A stretch of DNA of 52,359 nucleotides, from positions 1 to 52,359 of the IMG/VR virus record IMGVR_UViG_3300027365_000018; one strand, given 5' to 3'. Shown one piece after another: positions 9,901 to 18,836 of the stretch (positions are counted from its first letter, which is position 1; each line of letters starts with the position of its first letter). A program made the position numbers and the translations under genes. The notes under the pieces are model-generated. The model did no database searches. It was not told the origin of the DNA and worked only from the letters and a program-made list of their open reading frames with translations. The stretch comes from a virus (Duplodnaviria; Caudoviricetes).

Positions 9901-12900
9901 CTGGCCATCAACGCCAACATGCGCTCCCGCCGGGCGCTCGGCGAGGCCATGCGCTACATTGGGCAGGCCGTCCGCCAGCGCGCCGAGAGCGAGCGCAACG
10001 GCGCCCTGTTCGAAGACACCACCACCAACCGGGACGTGATCGATGAAGGATTCCGCCAAGCCGACACGCAACAACGAACCGCTGCGCGGGATGTTCCAGG
10101 ACGCGCTCGCCAAGGCGAACCGCAACCTGCCGAAGGGCGACAAGCTGATCGTGCCCCGGGGAATGAAGCCAAGCCGGTAGACGAACCGCTCCTGCAGACC
10201 TACACCGAGCAGGACATCGCCAACCGCGAACAGGCCGCCCGCCAATCCCGGCAGGCCGACGAGCAGGCCCGCCAACAGGCCGCGCAGCGCGCCGCCGCCG
10301 ACCGCGAGGCCAACGACTTCACCCTCGCCGGCAGCGACCGCCCGGCCGACCAGGCCGCCGCGCGTGGGCAGGGGGATCTGGTGGGGGCGCAGCCGTCGCG
10401 CGCGGAAGAATCAGCAAGCAGCCAACAGGCCGCAGCGCCAAGAGGGTTTGAGCCCTACCTCACCAACGTTCGAGGCATGGGCGAGATGTGGGCCGTGCCT
10501 GAACAGGCAGGCCGCCAGCAGTCAGGCGATAGCCTCTTCGAAACGCGCGATGATGCACTGGAAGAAGCGCGCCGCAATGCGCGGCGTGCCGACCAGCAAG
10601 CTCAGATGCGGGAAGATGCAGCGGCCAGCCAGCGACGCGACGAAAGGCAGCAATCCCGAGATCAGGAAGAGCTTGATGGACTGGCTGCCACTCTGGGCAC
10701 GACCAGGCTCGGCGCTGGAAAGGCCCGCGATGTGCTGAATCGACGCATGCGCTTCGATGGACAGGTAATGACCCGCAAGGCTCGCATCGAGCAGGCGATC
10801 GATGATGGCGCCACCGTCCAGGGTGAGGGCGCCGGCCGCCGCCTGATGGTCGGTGATAGCGAGTTCTACGATCAGTCAACGTTGACCAAGACCGGCATGG
10901 ATTATGCCGAAGCATTGATTGAACGGCGAGACAACGCAGAAACCCTGCAGAATGCCGACGAAAGCCCTGCAGAAAGCGAACCACGTCGCCAGTCCCGCAC
11001 CACCCAGCAGCGGGAGCGCCAGGGCGGCGAGCCTCTCTACAGCCTCGACTCCGCTACCACCGAGCAGCCGCCCACCGCCGAAGCCGTCCGCAATGCCCTG
11101 GCCGGCATGGAAGAGCCGCTCGGCGACTTCACTATTATCGACTCCACCCGTGACTTGCCGGAGCAGGCGATATTCGGCATGGCCCTACAGGGCATCAACC
11201 CCCGCCGGGTGAAGGGCATCTACCTGGGCGACAAGCTCTACGTCATCGCCGGCAACAACGACTCCATCGAAGAAGCCACCCGTACCGCGGTGCACGAAGC
11301 CGTGGGCCACAAGGGCATTCGCGGCGTGCTCGGCGAGGAGCTCGTGCCGGTGATGCGCAAGCTCTACAAGACGCTGCCGCTCTCCCGGCAGGGCCGCGCG
11401 GCGCTCAACGAGGTGCTGGAGAAGTACGACTACCTCGACCGCAACAACCCCGACGATCAGGTGACGATCGCCGAGGAGATGGTCGCCCACCTGCTCGAGA
11501 AGGGCTACCGGCCCAAGGCCTGGCAGCGCGCCGTGGCCAAGATCCGCGAACTGGCCCGCCGGCTGTTCCCGGGCATCAGCTGGTCATATACCGACGTGCT
11601 GGCCCTGGGCGAGAAGTCGCGGGACTACCTGCGCCGGCAGCAGGCGAAGGCCGACGGTACGAACGAGCAGCTCTACAGCCTCCGCGCCCAGCCCCGCAGC
11701 ACCGCCGACGCCTTCGACGACCTGACCGACGCGCAGACCAGCGCGCTCAACAAGATCGCGCCGCGCACGCCGAAGGAATCGGCGATCGCCTGGTTCAAGG
11801 AGCACATCGACCGCGCTGGCACCAAGATCCGCCAGGGGCTGGTCGATCGCTACGCCGCGCTCAAGGACATGGACATGGCGCTCAACGGCGAGGACAGCGT
11901 GGACGGCTCCACCGCCTCCTCGAGCTGGGTGCTGGCCCGCATGTCCTCCGCGGCGAGCGGGGCGCTGACGGCGATGCTCAACTACGGCCGCATCTACCTC
12001 GACCCCGACCAGAAGGTGATCGACGTCCGCGACGACGAGAGCCTGGGGCTGGGCAGCGTGCTGGCCCGGCTGGGCGACGCCGCCGAGATCGAACGCTTCA
12101 TGGGCTGGATCGCCGGCAACCGCTCCGCGCGCCTGGCCGCCGAGGGCCGCGAGAACCTGTTCGATGCCGGCGAGATCGAGGGCCTGCGCACGCTCAACCG
12201 CGGCACCATGAAGGACGGCCGCGACCGCGCCAAGCTCTACGACGAGGTGTTCGCCGAGTTCCAGCAGTATCGCGACGACGTACTGGCCATCGCCGAGCAG
12301 GCCGGCATCATCAGCAGCGAGAACCGGGCGATGTGGCGCGACGAGTTCTACGTGCCTTTCTACCGCATCGCCGAGGATGCCGAGGGCCCCAACGGCCCGC
12401 GGGCGACGTCGGGCATCACCAGGGCCGAGGCCTACAAGAAGCTCAAGGGCGGCAGCGGCAACCTGAACGACCTGCTCGGCAACACGATGATGAACTTCCA
12501 TCACTTGCTGCAGACGTCGCTCAAGAACCAGGCGGCGGTGCAGGCGATGGACAACGCCACCGACCTGGGCATCGCCACCGAGAAGCCCGAGGCCGAGGTG
12601 CGCGGCAACCCGGACGCGACGTTCGTGCTCCGCAACGGCCAGAAGGTCTGGTACCAGATCGACGACCCGCTGGTCTACAAGGCCGTGTCGTCGCTGGCTC
12701 ACCCGGGCATGAACAACACCGCCATGAAGGTGATGCGCGGCTTCAAGCGCCTGTTCACCAACATGACCACCACCACGCCGCAGTTCGTCGTCGCCAACCT
12801 GCTGCGCGACTCGATGCAGGCGGCGGCCACCTCGCCGCTGTCGAAGAACATCGCCGGCAATATGTTCAAGGGGGCGAAGACCTACGCCGACAAGCGCACC

Positions 12901-14316
12901 CGGGCGCGGATGATGGCCAGCGGCGGCTCGTTCAGCTTCGGCCATCTCTACGGCGAGAACGCCGACGAACTCAAGGTGCAGCTGACCAACACCATGCGCC
13001 GGGCCGAGCTGATCCGCGACCCCAGCCAGGTGCCGGCGGCAGCCAAGCTGCTCTGGCGTCGCTGGAACGATGCCACGGACTTCACCGAGAACATGAGCCG
13101 GGCGGAGATCTACCGCCAGAATGAGGCCCGCGGCAAGCTGTTCGCTGCCTTCCAGGCCCGCGACCTGATGGACTTCTCCAGTCACGGCGCCTGGCCGGCG
13201 GTGCGCTTCCTGATCGACGTCGTGCCGTTCATGAATGCCCGCCTCCAGGGCCTGGACAAGATCGGCCGCAGCGGCGTCGCCCCGGCGTTGCGTGTGGCGA
13301 TGGGCAAGGGCAGCGCCACCGACAAGGAAGCCGCGGCGCGCTTCTGGTCCGTGGCCGGCTCGCTGACGCTGGCCACCGTGGCGCTCTACCTGCACAACTG
13401 GGATGACGAGGAGTATCGCAAGCTCGAGCAGTGGCAGCGCGACAGCTACTGGTTCTTCCGCGTCGGCGACACCGGCATTTTCATTCCCAAGCCGTTCGAG
13501 GTCGGTGCGATCGCCACCCTGGCCGAGCGCATGACCGAGCAGATGGTAGACGACAAGGCCACCGGCGACCTGTTCGCCCAGCGCCTGGGACACATGCTGA
13601 CCAGCACATTCCAGTTCAGCCCGGTGCCGCAGGTCGCCCAGCCGCTGCTCGACGTGTACTCCAACTACGACGCCTTCACCGGCCGGCCGATCGAGTCGCT
13701 GGGCATGGAGCGCCTCTCTCCCAGCCTACGCTCGCGCAGCAGCACCACGGCCCCGGCCAAGTGGATCAGCCAGGCCAGCGAGGCGCTGTTCGGCGCCGAC
13801 GGCAAGCTGACTGTCTCACCAGTGCAGGTCGATCACCTGATCCAGGGCTACCTGGGGCAGGTGGGGGCGTGGGGTGCCGGCGTTGCGGATACGCTGTGGC
13901 GAATCACGCAGGGCGAAGAGAAGCCGGACAGCCACTGGTACGAATACCAGCCGATCCGCCGCTTCTACCAGAACCTGGGCGACGAGGACCGCTACACCCG
14001 CTACGGCACGCTGTTCTATGACGGGGTGCACGAAGCCAGCCGGGTCTATGCCGACATCAAGCAGTATCGCGAGCTCGGCGACCAGCAGCGCGCCATGGAG
14101 GTGCTCAACAACAACCGCGACATCCTGCGCATGCGGAAGTATCTCAACGGCGTGAAGTCGGACCTGACGAAGATCAACAACCGCATGAAGATGGTCGAGC
14201 GCGCCAATACCTCGGCCGAGTTCAAGCGGCGCGAGCTCGACCGTCTGCGGGCGATCAAGAACCGCCTGACCGAGATGGCCGGCAAGAAGCTGGAGAGCGT
14301 GAAGGCGTCAGGCTAG
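6955..14316 (+). CDS. Giant polyvalent internal virion protein (DdrB-like ParB domain, HExxxH zincin-like motif, LPD38-like C-terminus)
   Basis: 2453 aa. ELQPRDR..LNPERLG..GAPIV..DGVVESGNGRTMAI (about 8950-9420); VHEAVGHKG (about 11290); C-terminal W..DSYW..IPKPFEVG..N.D.FTGRPI..SP.QVDHLI.GY.G block. Confidence 0.75.
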   Translation: MPLLEDLRAQDPRLKSVPDEQLLGALAQQPEFQGLSPNELNALAYGQGGKPEQSEPGFTAGLSAGIDQTQAMFGGLMMAAGQKFGEESLYTAGKNVYQRNMDEAQQNALGYGFTDLFSDPNASALQWASYTAGNLLPTMATAVAGGGVGGLAARTLAGAAAKRAATQAGQMIGTYAASSGMETGSIMGEVDNADVALAHGSIAGALDALPVIRALRKVGGKEIADRATSQIADRTLAELKKTAGRTVKGATGKGMLTQALAESSTEGLQTLIEQNAAYWVQTNGDTLLNNLGDANWKEVIDAAAAGGLGGMAMGGPAGLAERSQSRRALNNLPADQQAEGSSSDLPPTQQGPDANPDPLVFENANVSRNDWEQAWKQQAQRFDNQQRREQQFKEQAISSAQQQTAAAGGDPLQQATAGLRAEQAAEAATGDARAAETNRTAADLGNRIQLAMNTADDLAPLARGSDQAQTRLRNLNSVLQRAEAAYADGNTELANRLTGRAEMIGNNLTRSLNRPGTRERPATGIYEQAPPFGGLLGQDRANRLEAPDPSIINMGGPTADTTQYEPQARNVRRDQRMTDQQQGARRMREQANGPAQITDQGVVYGQGPVAGNANTGMDQPFERARFTDTGARDNAAVERAQNQRQAERAAEIARTRGPAETAYLPDNTPVRTRYRVMDLADLTPSNTEDGRVNPRFPAELQPRDRTNANSQVQVRNIAANLNPERLGRSQDAATGAPIVGGDGVVESGNGRTMAIAQAYRQGNGEAYRQYVSQQAEAMGMDPAAVADMQQPVLVRERVTNVDRADFARRANESTVAGMTAYEQARADADALSAADVQQWNPDQSGDPLAASNRAFQRRFVQRLGNNETSRYTTRDGQASPELGQRMQRAVFAKAYNDSDMVEMVTEQGDAMRNLTGALQEAAADLAAARETGSEDALTAIGTINDAVRLVRRSRQDGTPIRELTSQQDVFSEPVPPLTADLALAINANMRSRRALGEAMRYIGQAVRQRAESERNGALFEDTTTNRDVIDEGFRQADTQQRTAARDVPGRARQGEPQPAEGRQADRAPGNEAKPVDEPLLQTYTEQDIANREQAARQSRQADEQARQQAAQRAAADREANDFTLAGSDRPADQAAARGQGDLVGAQPSRAEESASSQQAAAPRGFEPYLTNVRGMGEMWAVPEQAGRQQSGDSLFETRDDALEEARRNARRADQQAQMREDAAASQRRDERQQSRDQEELDGLAATLGTTRLGAGKARDVLNRRMRFDGQVMTRKARIEQAIDDGATVQGEGAGRRLMVGDSEFYDQSTLTKTGMDYAEALIERRDNAETLQNADESPAESEPRRQSRTTQQRERQGGEPLYSLDSATTEQPPTAEAVRNALAGMEEPLGDFTIIDSTRDLPEQAIFGMALQGINPRRVKGIYLGDKLYVIAGNNDSIEEATRTAVHEAVGHKGIRGVLGEELVPVMRKLYKTLPLSRQGRAALNEVLEKYDYLDRNNPDDQVTIAEEMVAHLLEKGYRPKAWQRAVAKIRELARRLFPGISWSYTDVLALGEKSRDYLRRQQAKADGTNEQLYSLRAQPRSTADAFDDLTDAQTSALNKIAPRTPKESAIAWFKEHIDRAGTKIRQGLVDRYAALKDMDMALNGEDSVDGSTASSSWVLARMSSAASGALTAMLNYGRIYLDPDQKVIDVRDDESLGLGSVLARLGDAAEIERFMGWIAGNRSARLAAEGRENLFDAGEIEGLRTLNRGTMKDGRDRAKLYDEVFAEFQQYRDDVLAIAEQAGIISSENRAMWRDEFYVPFYRIAEDAEGPNGPRATSGITRAEAYKKLKGGSGNLNDLLGNTMMNFHHLLQTSLKNQAAVQAMDNATDLGIATEKPEAEVRGNPDATFVLRNGQKVWYQIDDPLVYKAVSSLAHPGMNNTAMKVMRGFKRLFTNMTTTTPQFVVANLLRDSMQAAATSPLSKNIAGNMFKGAKTYADKRTRARMMASGGSFSFGHLYGENADELKVQLTNTMRRAELIRDPSQVPAAAKLLWRRWNDATDFTENMSRAEIYRQNEARGKLFAAFQARDLMDFSSHGAWPAVRFLIDVVPFMNARLQGLDKIGRSGVAPALRVAMGKGSATDKEAAARFWSVAGSLTLATVALYLHNWDDEEYRKLEQWQRDSYWFFRVGDTGIFIPKPFEVGAIATLAERMTEQMVDDKATGDLFAQRLGHMLTSTFQFSPVPQVAQPLLDVYSNYDAFTGRPIESLGMERLSPSLRSRSSTTAPAKWISQASEALFGADGKLTVSPVQVDHLIQGYLGQVGAWGAGVADTLWRITQGEEKPDSHWYEYQPIRRFYQNLGDEDRYTRYGTLFYDGVHEASRVYADIKQYRELGDQQRAMEVLNNNRDILRMRKYLNGVKSDLTKINNRMKMVERANTSAEFKRRELDRLRAIKNRLTEMAGKKLESVKASG

Positions 14317-14534
14317 CGGCGCTTCCCGGCGCCGCCGGCCGCGAAGGCCAGCAGGATGACGGCGCCGATGCCGAGTGTCGGCGACATGGCGATCACCAGC
14401 AGGACTGGGATCCCCAGTAGACTGAGCAAGACCCACACGCCCAGCGTCTGCCATTGCGGCGGCACGGCCGTCATGGCCAAGCCGCCGAAGACGAGGAGCG
14501 AGATGATGGCGCCGATGGCGCTGGAAAGTTCCAT
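14313..14534 (-). CDS. Small integral membrane protein
   Basis: 73 aa, almost entirely hydrophobic, with a basic C-terminus. Confidence 0.6.
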   Translation of the reverse strand: MELSSAIGAIISLLVFGGLAMTAVPPQWQTLGVWVLLSLLGIPVLLVIAMSPTLGIGAVILLAFAAGGAGKRR

Positions 14535-14581
14535 GGCCAGAGCGTAGCGGCCCTCGGCTCAATACGCGAGGGACTGGCACT

Positions 14582-15190
14582 TCAGTGCAGGCCAAAGGCG
14601 TGCAGTGCCCGGTCGCGCTGGTCGCGGAAATCCAGATCCGACACGCCGCCCAGCTTCTCGCAGGCGATGCCGTCAGCATAGGTCCCGATAAACCGTCTCT
14701 TGGCGTTCTGCGATGTCACCACCAGCGTGGTCCCAAACGCACAGCCCGGCGCACCGGTCGGCACTATCCCGGCGGAGTTTCCAACCACCTCCCTGTAGTA
14801 GCCCTTGCTGTAGACGTACTGCACCCGCTGTCCGCCAGCGAACAGGTAGCCGTCACTGTGATCCAGCGGCAGCATGACAGAGTTTCCGTCCACCCGGCGA
14901 AATAGCGCAGTCGCCACGCTGGTATTGCCGGACTTCCGGTTCCAGCCGATCCCCGCATCGCTCACGCTGGCCTGACCAGGGTCCGATGCCATCCTGTAAC
15001 CCGACTGGTAGCTGTCCGTGATCTCCGTGGCATAGCCGAAACCCTGCGGCTGATCGATCCTTTCCACGGGAAAGCCCGGCGCCAGGTACGCCGCCTGACT
15101 GTAATCGTAGTGAGGCGGCTCCGAATTCCCCGGCAGACCTGCGCAGCCGCCCAGCGCGAGGGCAAGGCCCAGTATAATTGCTCGCTTCAT
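14582..15190 (-). CDS. Lipoprotein (moron near attP)
   Basis: MKRAIILGLALALGGC signal peptide with lipobox; 202 aa. Confidence 0.7.
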   Translation of the reverse strand: MKRAIILGLALALGGCAGLPGNSEPPHYDYSQAAYLAPGFPVERIDQPQGFGYATEITDSYQSGYRMASDPGQASVSDAGIGWNRKSGNTSVATALFRRVDGNSVMLPLDHSDGYLFAGGQRVQYVYSKGYYREVVGNSAGIVPTGAPGCAFGTTLVVTSQNAKRRFIGTYADGIACEKLGGVSDLDFRDQRDRALHAFGLH

Positions 15191-15424
15191 GAGTGCGCCC
15201 TGATTGATGAGACGCCTCATACCGTAGCGCGAAATCTACTGGTCCCGCGAGGGGCTGGGGAAGGCGACAGTAGTACCCGGCCGGGTCGCCAATTCCGTGG
15301 CACAATTCTGGCACAGTGGATGTGCCAAATAGCGATTGCTTGCGAATGGTCGAATATGCCCGCGAGCCCCGTGATATCTAGGGTGGCAGCCTGAAAGCCC
15401 CGCTTCATGCGGGCCTGGCATCCC

Positions 15425-15470
15425 ACTCGTAATGCGTAGGTCGGTGGTTCGAGTCCACTCGCCGGCACCA
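15425..15470 (+). mobile_element. att core: 3' half of tRNA-Thr(CGT)
   Basis: ACTCGTAATGCGTAGGTCGGTGGTTCGAGTCCACTCGCCGGCACCA gives the CGT anticodon loop, T-arm and CCA end. The 5' acceptor strand and D-arm are absent, as in the P22 attP core at thrW. Confidence 0.9.
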
Positions 15471-15472
15471 GA

Positions 15473-15485
15473 AATCAGTATCTTA
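15473..15485 (+). promoter_or_regulatory. IHF-binding site in attP
   Basis: AATCAGTATCTTA matches WATCARNNNNTTR, next to the att core. Confidence 0.6.
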
Positions 15486-15565
15486 CCCTCGATTTTCGCC
15501 TACTCTCCAACTGTGCCACGGCTTTTGGCACAATCCTGGCACACCGGTATTCAGGAGCATGGAGA

Positions 15566-16531
15566 GTGGCGACCTACCAACGACGCTCCGGATCGTGGCG
15601 AGCCATGATCCGCAAGAAAGGGCACCCACAAGTCAGCGCGACGTTCGACACCAAGGCCGAGGCCGAGGCATGGGCCAAGGAAATCGAAACCGAGATGACC
15701 CGATCCCGGTTCGTCGATACCCGTGAAGCGGATGCGCTGACGCTCGACAAGGCGCTCGACCGATACCAGCGCGAGATCTCGGCGCAGAAGAAAAGCCACC
15801 GCAACGAGAAGTCGCGGATCGCGATGCTCAAGCGCGACCTCGGGCATCACACTATGACCTCGTTACGCTCGTCGGACGTGGCCGAATACCGCGACAAGCG
15901 GCTGAAGGTGACCAGCGGATCGACCGTGCGGCGCGACCTGGCGCTGTTGTCGCACCTCTACGCCATCGCCTTGAAGGAGTGGGGGCTGCCCGTGGACAAC
16001 CCCTGCGCGAAGATCCGCAAGCCCAAGCTCAACCCTGAGCGTGAGCGGCGGGTGACTGATCAGCAGTTGGAATTGATACTCGAACAGGCACGGAAGCGCC
16101 ATCGAGAGATGCCCAGCATCATCACCCTGGCCGTCGAAAGCGGCATGCGTCGGGGCGAGATTGTGGGGCTCAGGCGGGAGGATGTGCGGGGAAGTGTCGC
16201 CTACCTGGCGGACACGAAGAACGGCACGGCTCGGGCAGTGCCGCTATCCAAGGCCGCGAAGCAGGCGATTGCCGACCTGCCGGCGAGAATGGATGGCCGG
16301 CTGTTCACGGTGCATCCTGACACCGTCACCGGCTATTTCCGCCGCTGCTGCCAGGCGGCGGGGCTGAAAGGGCTGCGCTTCCATGATCTGCGGCATGAGG
16401 CCACGTCGCGGTTCTTCGAGAAGGGCCTGAACATCATGGAGGTGGCGTCGATCACCGGCCACAAGGATCTGCGGATGCTCAGGCGCTACACCCACCTCAA
16501 CCCCGCAACGCTTGCGGAGAGGCTGGGATAG
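15566..16531 (+). CDS. int: Tyrosine recombinase (phage integrase)
   Basis: SGMRRGEI, TKNG, FHDLRHEA, GHKDLRML.RYTH catalytic motifs. Confidence 0.95.
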   Translation: MATYQRRSGSWRAMIRKKGHPQVSATFDTKAEAEAWAKEIETEMTRSRFVDTREADALTLDKALDRYQREISAQKKSHRNEKSRIAMLKRDLGHHTMTSLRSSDVAEYRDKRLKVTSGSTVRRDLALLSHLYAIALKEWGLPVDNPCAKIRKPKLNPERERRVTDQQLELILEQARKRHREMPSIITLAVESGMRRGEIVGLRREDVRGSVAYLADTKNGTARAVPLSKAAKQAIADLPARMDGRLFTVHPDTVTGYFRRCCQAAGLKGLRFHDLRHEATSRFFEKGLNIMEVASITGHKDLRMLRRYTHLNPATLAERLG

Positions 16532-16757
16532 CCCGAGGGCGGCCGCGCTTGCGACGGGGCTGCTCGTGCTCGCCACTCTCCAGCCCATCAAGCCACGCCT
16601 CAACAGTCGAGCGCCGCCACGCCCACAATCGACCCATCTTGAACCGGCCGGGCGGCACGGCGCTGCTGTTGCGCTGCATGGCAGCGGTGAAGGCGTGCTG
16701 CGTCTTGCCCACCATGCGGGCAACGTCGGCGGCGTAGAGAATCTCCTGGTCTGACAT
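16497..16757 (-). CDS. xis: Excisionase/AlpA-like DNA-binding protein
   Basis: GGAGG RBS before ATG at 16757; LYAADVARMVG..PPGRFKMGRLWAWRRSTVEAWL; convergent with and overlapping the end of int. Confidence 0.7.
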   Translation of the reverse strand: MSDQEILYAADVARMVGKTQHAFTAAMQRNSSAVPPGRFKMGRLWAWRRSTVEAWLDGLESGEHEQPRRKRGRPRAIPASPQALRG

Positions 16758-17080
16758 ATCGTCCTCCCACAAAAGAAAGGGCCGCGCAGGCCCTGTGTAG
16801 ATCACACGGTTTGACGCAATTGCTCCATCCGGGCCATCTTCGCTTCCCTGATCGCCTCGGCAGCGGACTTTGCGCGCCGGCGGCCGCGGGTATCGGCTCC
16901 GTTCCAGTTCTCCTGGCACGTCCTGCACTCGAATTCGCTCATCGCTTTGCTCCAGTTTCCGCTCGAATTGTTCGCTCGCATCGCCGGCATCGCCTGACAC
17001 CTTGCTGAATGCCGCGCAGATAATGAGGCTGACAGTCACGTAGCCGCCGAACGCCAGCGGCCAGAACCATGGGGAAGTCA

Positions 17081-17530
17081 TCACGCCGCCACCTCCCGCC
17101 CGACCAGCGGCCGGATCTCCACCATCTCGCTGTCGAGGTGGTTCGGGTTGCCCCGGCCGCGCGCCTCGGCGAGCATCCGCTGCCATTCCTCCACCAGTTC
17201 GCCCAGCAGCACGGCCTGGCCGATGTCGGCGTCCTCCGTCTCCAGGTAGGTCGTGTCGCCGTTGACGAAGCGCACGGACACGCGGATGTGCCAGCGATGC
17301 GGCGCGGCCTCGGCGTAGTCGGCCAGCTGCTGCCGGTCGCTCATGGGGATCATGGCCGGGAACGACCACTGGCCATGCAGCTCATCGCCCATCGGGATGG
17401 CGCGGAACACCATGCCGGTCATCTTGCGCCGGGCACGGTCGATGTAGCGGTTCACGCCGGCCCGGCCCATGTGGGCGGCGCGGTTGTGGCGCTGGGCCTT
17501 GGCCTGGGCGCGTCGTTGGGCTCGGTTCAT
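17081..17530 (-). CDS. Hypothetical protein
   Basis: 149 aa, MNRAQRR start, translationally coupled to its neighbours. Confidence 0.65.
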   Translation of the reverse strand: MNRAQRRAQAKAQRHNRAAHMGRAGVNRYIDRARRKMTGMVFRAIPMGDELHGQWSFPAMIPMSDRQQLADYAEAAPHRWHIRVSVRFVNGDTTYLETEDADIGQAVLLGELVEEWQRMLAEARGRGNPNHLDSEMVEIRPLVGREVAA

Positions 17531-18564
17531 GACACCACCTCCTTGGACTTCGCCTCAGCCATCAGCGCCTGGTAGGCGATGCCGTCTTCGGCGCTGTCGG
17601 CGTGATAGCCCGCCCGGGTGAACATGCGCACGTCTTTTAGGATTCGCATGAAGTGCCAGCCCTGGGCCTCGGTCAGGTTGATGCCGTGGTGCAGATTGAA
17701 GATGGCCACGGTCTGCGCCATCGAGCGCTCGCCCTCGGGGCTGTCGTAGGTGGCGGCTCGGTCGCGCATGTGCTGCCCGGCGCGCTCGAGCAGATCCGGC
17801 GCCGTGGCGTCGTGGGCCGCGGTGGCATTGGCCGCCTGCATCATGTCGTCCATTCCGCGGCACAGGCGGCGCTCGCACTCGCGGAAGGCCTCGTCTTCGT
17901 AGTGTTCGCCGCTGCCATCGGACAGCAGTTCGACGAGATCAAGGCTGTCTTCCGCGCCGATTTCATAGTGGCCGTTCTGGAACCATCGGCGCACCCCATG
18001 CTCGCCTTCGAGTTCGCCACGGACGGGGGCTACCTTGTCGTCAATCTGGACGATCTTGACGGCATCACCTCCGCGCGTCTTCCACACCTGCCCAACCCGG
18101 AAACGCGGCAATTCGGCTATATCGGCTGATGATGCGTCGGTAGCGCTATCGGGGCGACGTTCGAGGGTCTGGCGCCAGTCGTGACCGGCGGGGATAGCGC
18201 CCCTAGATGCAAGCCCGGATAATCCAGATACCTGCCAGCAACCTTTCCCCATGGACACTGTTTCCTTTGGTTCTTCAGAAAACCAGCACCACAGCTCTGC
18301 TGTCTCGTTCTGCGCAAGCCAATCCGCCCACCCCGGCGCACCCTCCCAACTCGGCTTGTTGATCAGGCGTTTGCGCTCAGCGAGGTATTCGCTGCGGGTT
18401 ATTGTGACGCCATCTACCTCGACCGCGAGGATAACGCCTGACGATCCTTCCAGCCTGGCGCCCCTGAAACCCTTGTGTTCAGCCCAGTCAAATATCTCTT
18501 TGGGTTGGCTTGGCCACTCAGCCAATTCCATCGCCAGCTTCGTCAGCAATTCTCCACGGTTCAT
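17527..18564 (-). CDS. Mosaic hypothetical protein with DUF6378-like C-terminal domain
   Basis: 345 aa; C-terminal R.ATYDSPEGERSM..FN..HG..LTE.QGW.FM.ILK.VR..H.DS.ED.IAY.AL. Confidence 0.6.
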   Translation of the reverse strand: MNRGELLTKLAMELAEWPSQPKEIFDWAEHKGFRGARLEGSSGVILAVEVDGVTITRSEYLAERKRLINKPSWEGAPGWADWLAQNETAELWCWFSEEPKETVSMGKGCWQVSGLSGLASRGAIPAGHDWRQTLERRPDSATDASSADIAELPRFRVGQVWKTRGGDAVKIVQIDDKVAPVRGELEGEHGVRRWFQNGHYEIGAEDSLDLVELLSDGSGEHYEDEAFRECERRLCRGMDDMMQAANATAAHDATAPDLLERAGQHMRDRAATYDSPEGERSMAQTVAIFNLHHGINLTEAQGWHFMRILKDVRMFTRAGYHADSAEDGIAYQALMAEAKSKEVVS

Positions 18565-18818
18565 CCCAACCTCCTGTACTTGGGCAGGCCGCGCTCGTTC
18601 ACGCGGCGGATCAGTTCACGCTCCAGCCAGTGCTCGATGGCGGCCCCGGCCAGCGCCCCGGCCGCCCGGGCGTTGTATCCGGACACCTGGCTGGTGATGA
18701 CGGCAGTCAGGTCAGGCCGGCTCCATGTGGGCGGCAGCCGGGAGAGCAGTGTCAGCTGCCTGTCCGGACGCATCGCATAGCGGCAGCCGCGGACACGCAG
18801 CGTGTCGAGTCGCTTCAT
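18561..18818 (-). CDS. Hypothetical protein
   Basis: 85 aa, AGGAG RBS, coupled to the downstream gene. Confidence 0.5.
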   Translation of the reverse strand: MKRLDTLRVRGCRYAMRPDRQLTLLSRLPPTWSRPDLTAVITSQVSGYNARAAGALAGAAIEHWLERELIRRVNERGLPKYRRLG

Positions 18819-18836
18819 GTGGGGCTCCTGGGTGGG

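Larger units (their letters stand above)
15298..15543. mobile_element. attP region with integrase arm-type sites
   Basis: TGGCACA at 15298, 15309, 15526 and 15537; inverted TGTGCCA at 15321 and 15512; these flank the tRNA-derived core and lie just upstream of int. Confidence 0.85.

Noticed and set aside
7975-13593. Long antisense ORFs (766 aa, 669 aa) and similar ones opposite portal, capsid and tail genes
   Set aside because: These are typical stop-poor shadows of high-GC coding strands with no recognisable motifs, unlike the antisense HNH in intein 1.
15390-15470. Complete tRNA-Thr gene
   Set aside because: Only the anticodon loop to CCA is present, with no 5' acceptor strand or D-arm upstream. 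It is the att core, and ORF 15217-15468 is its shadow.
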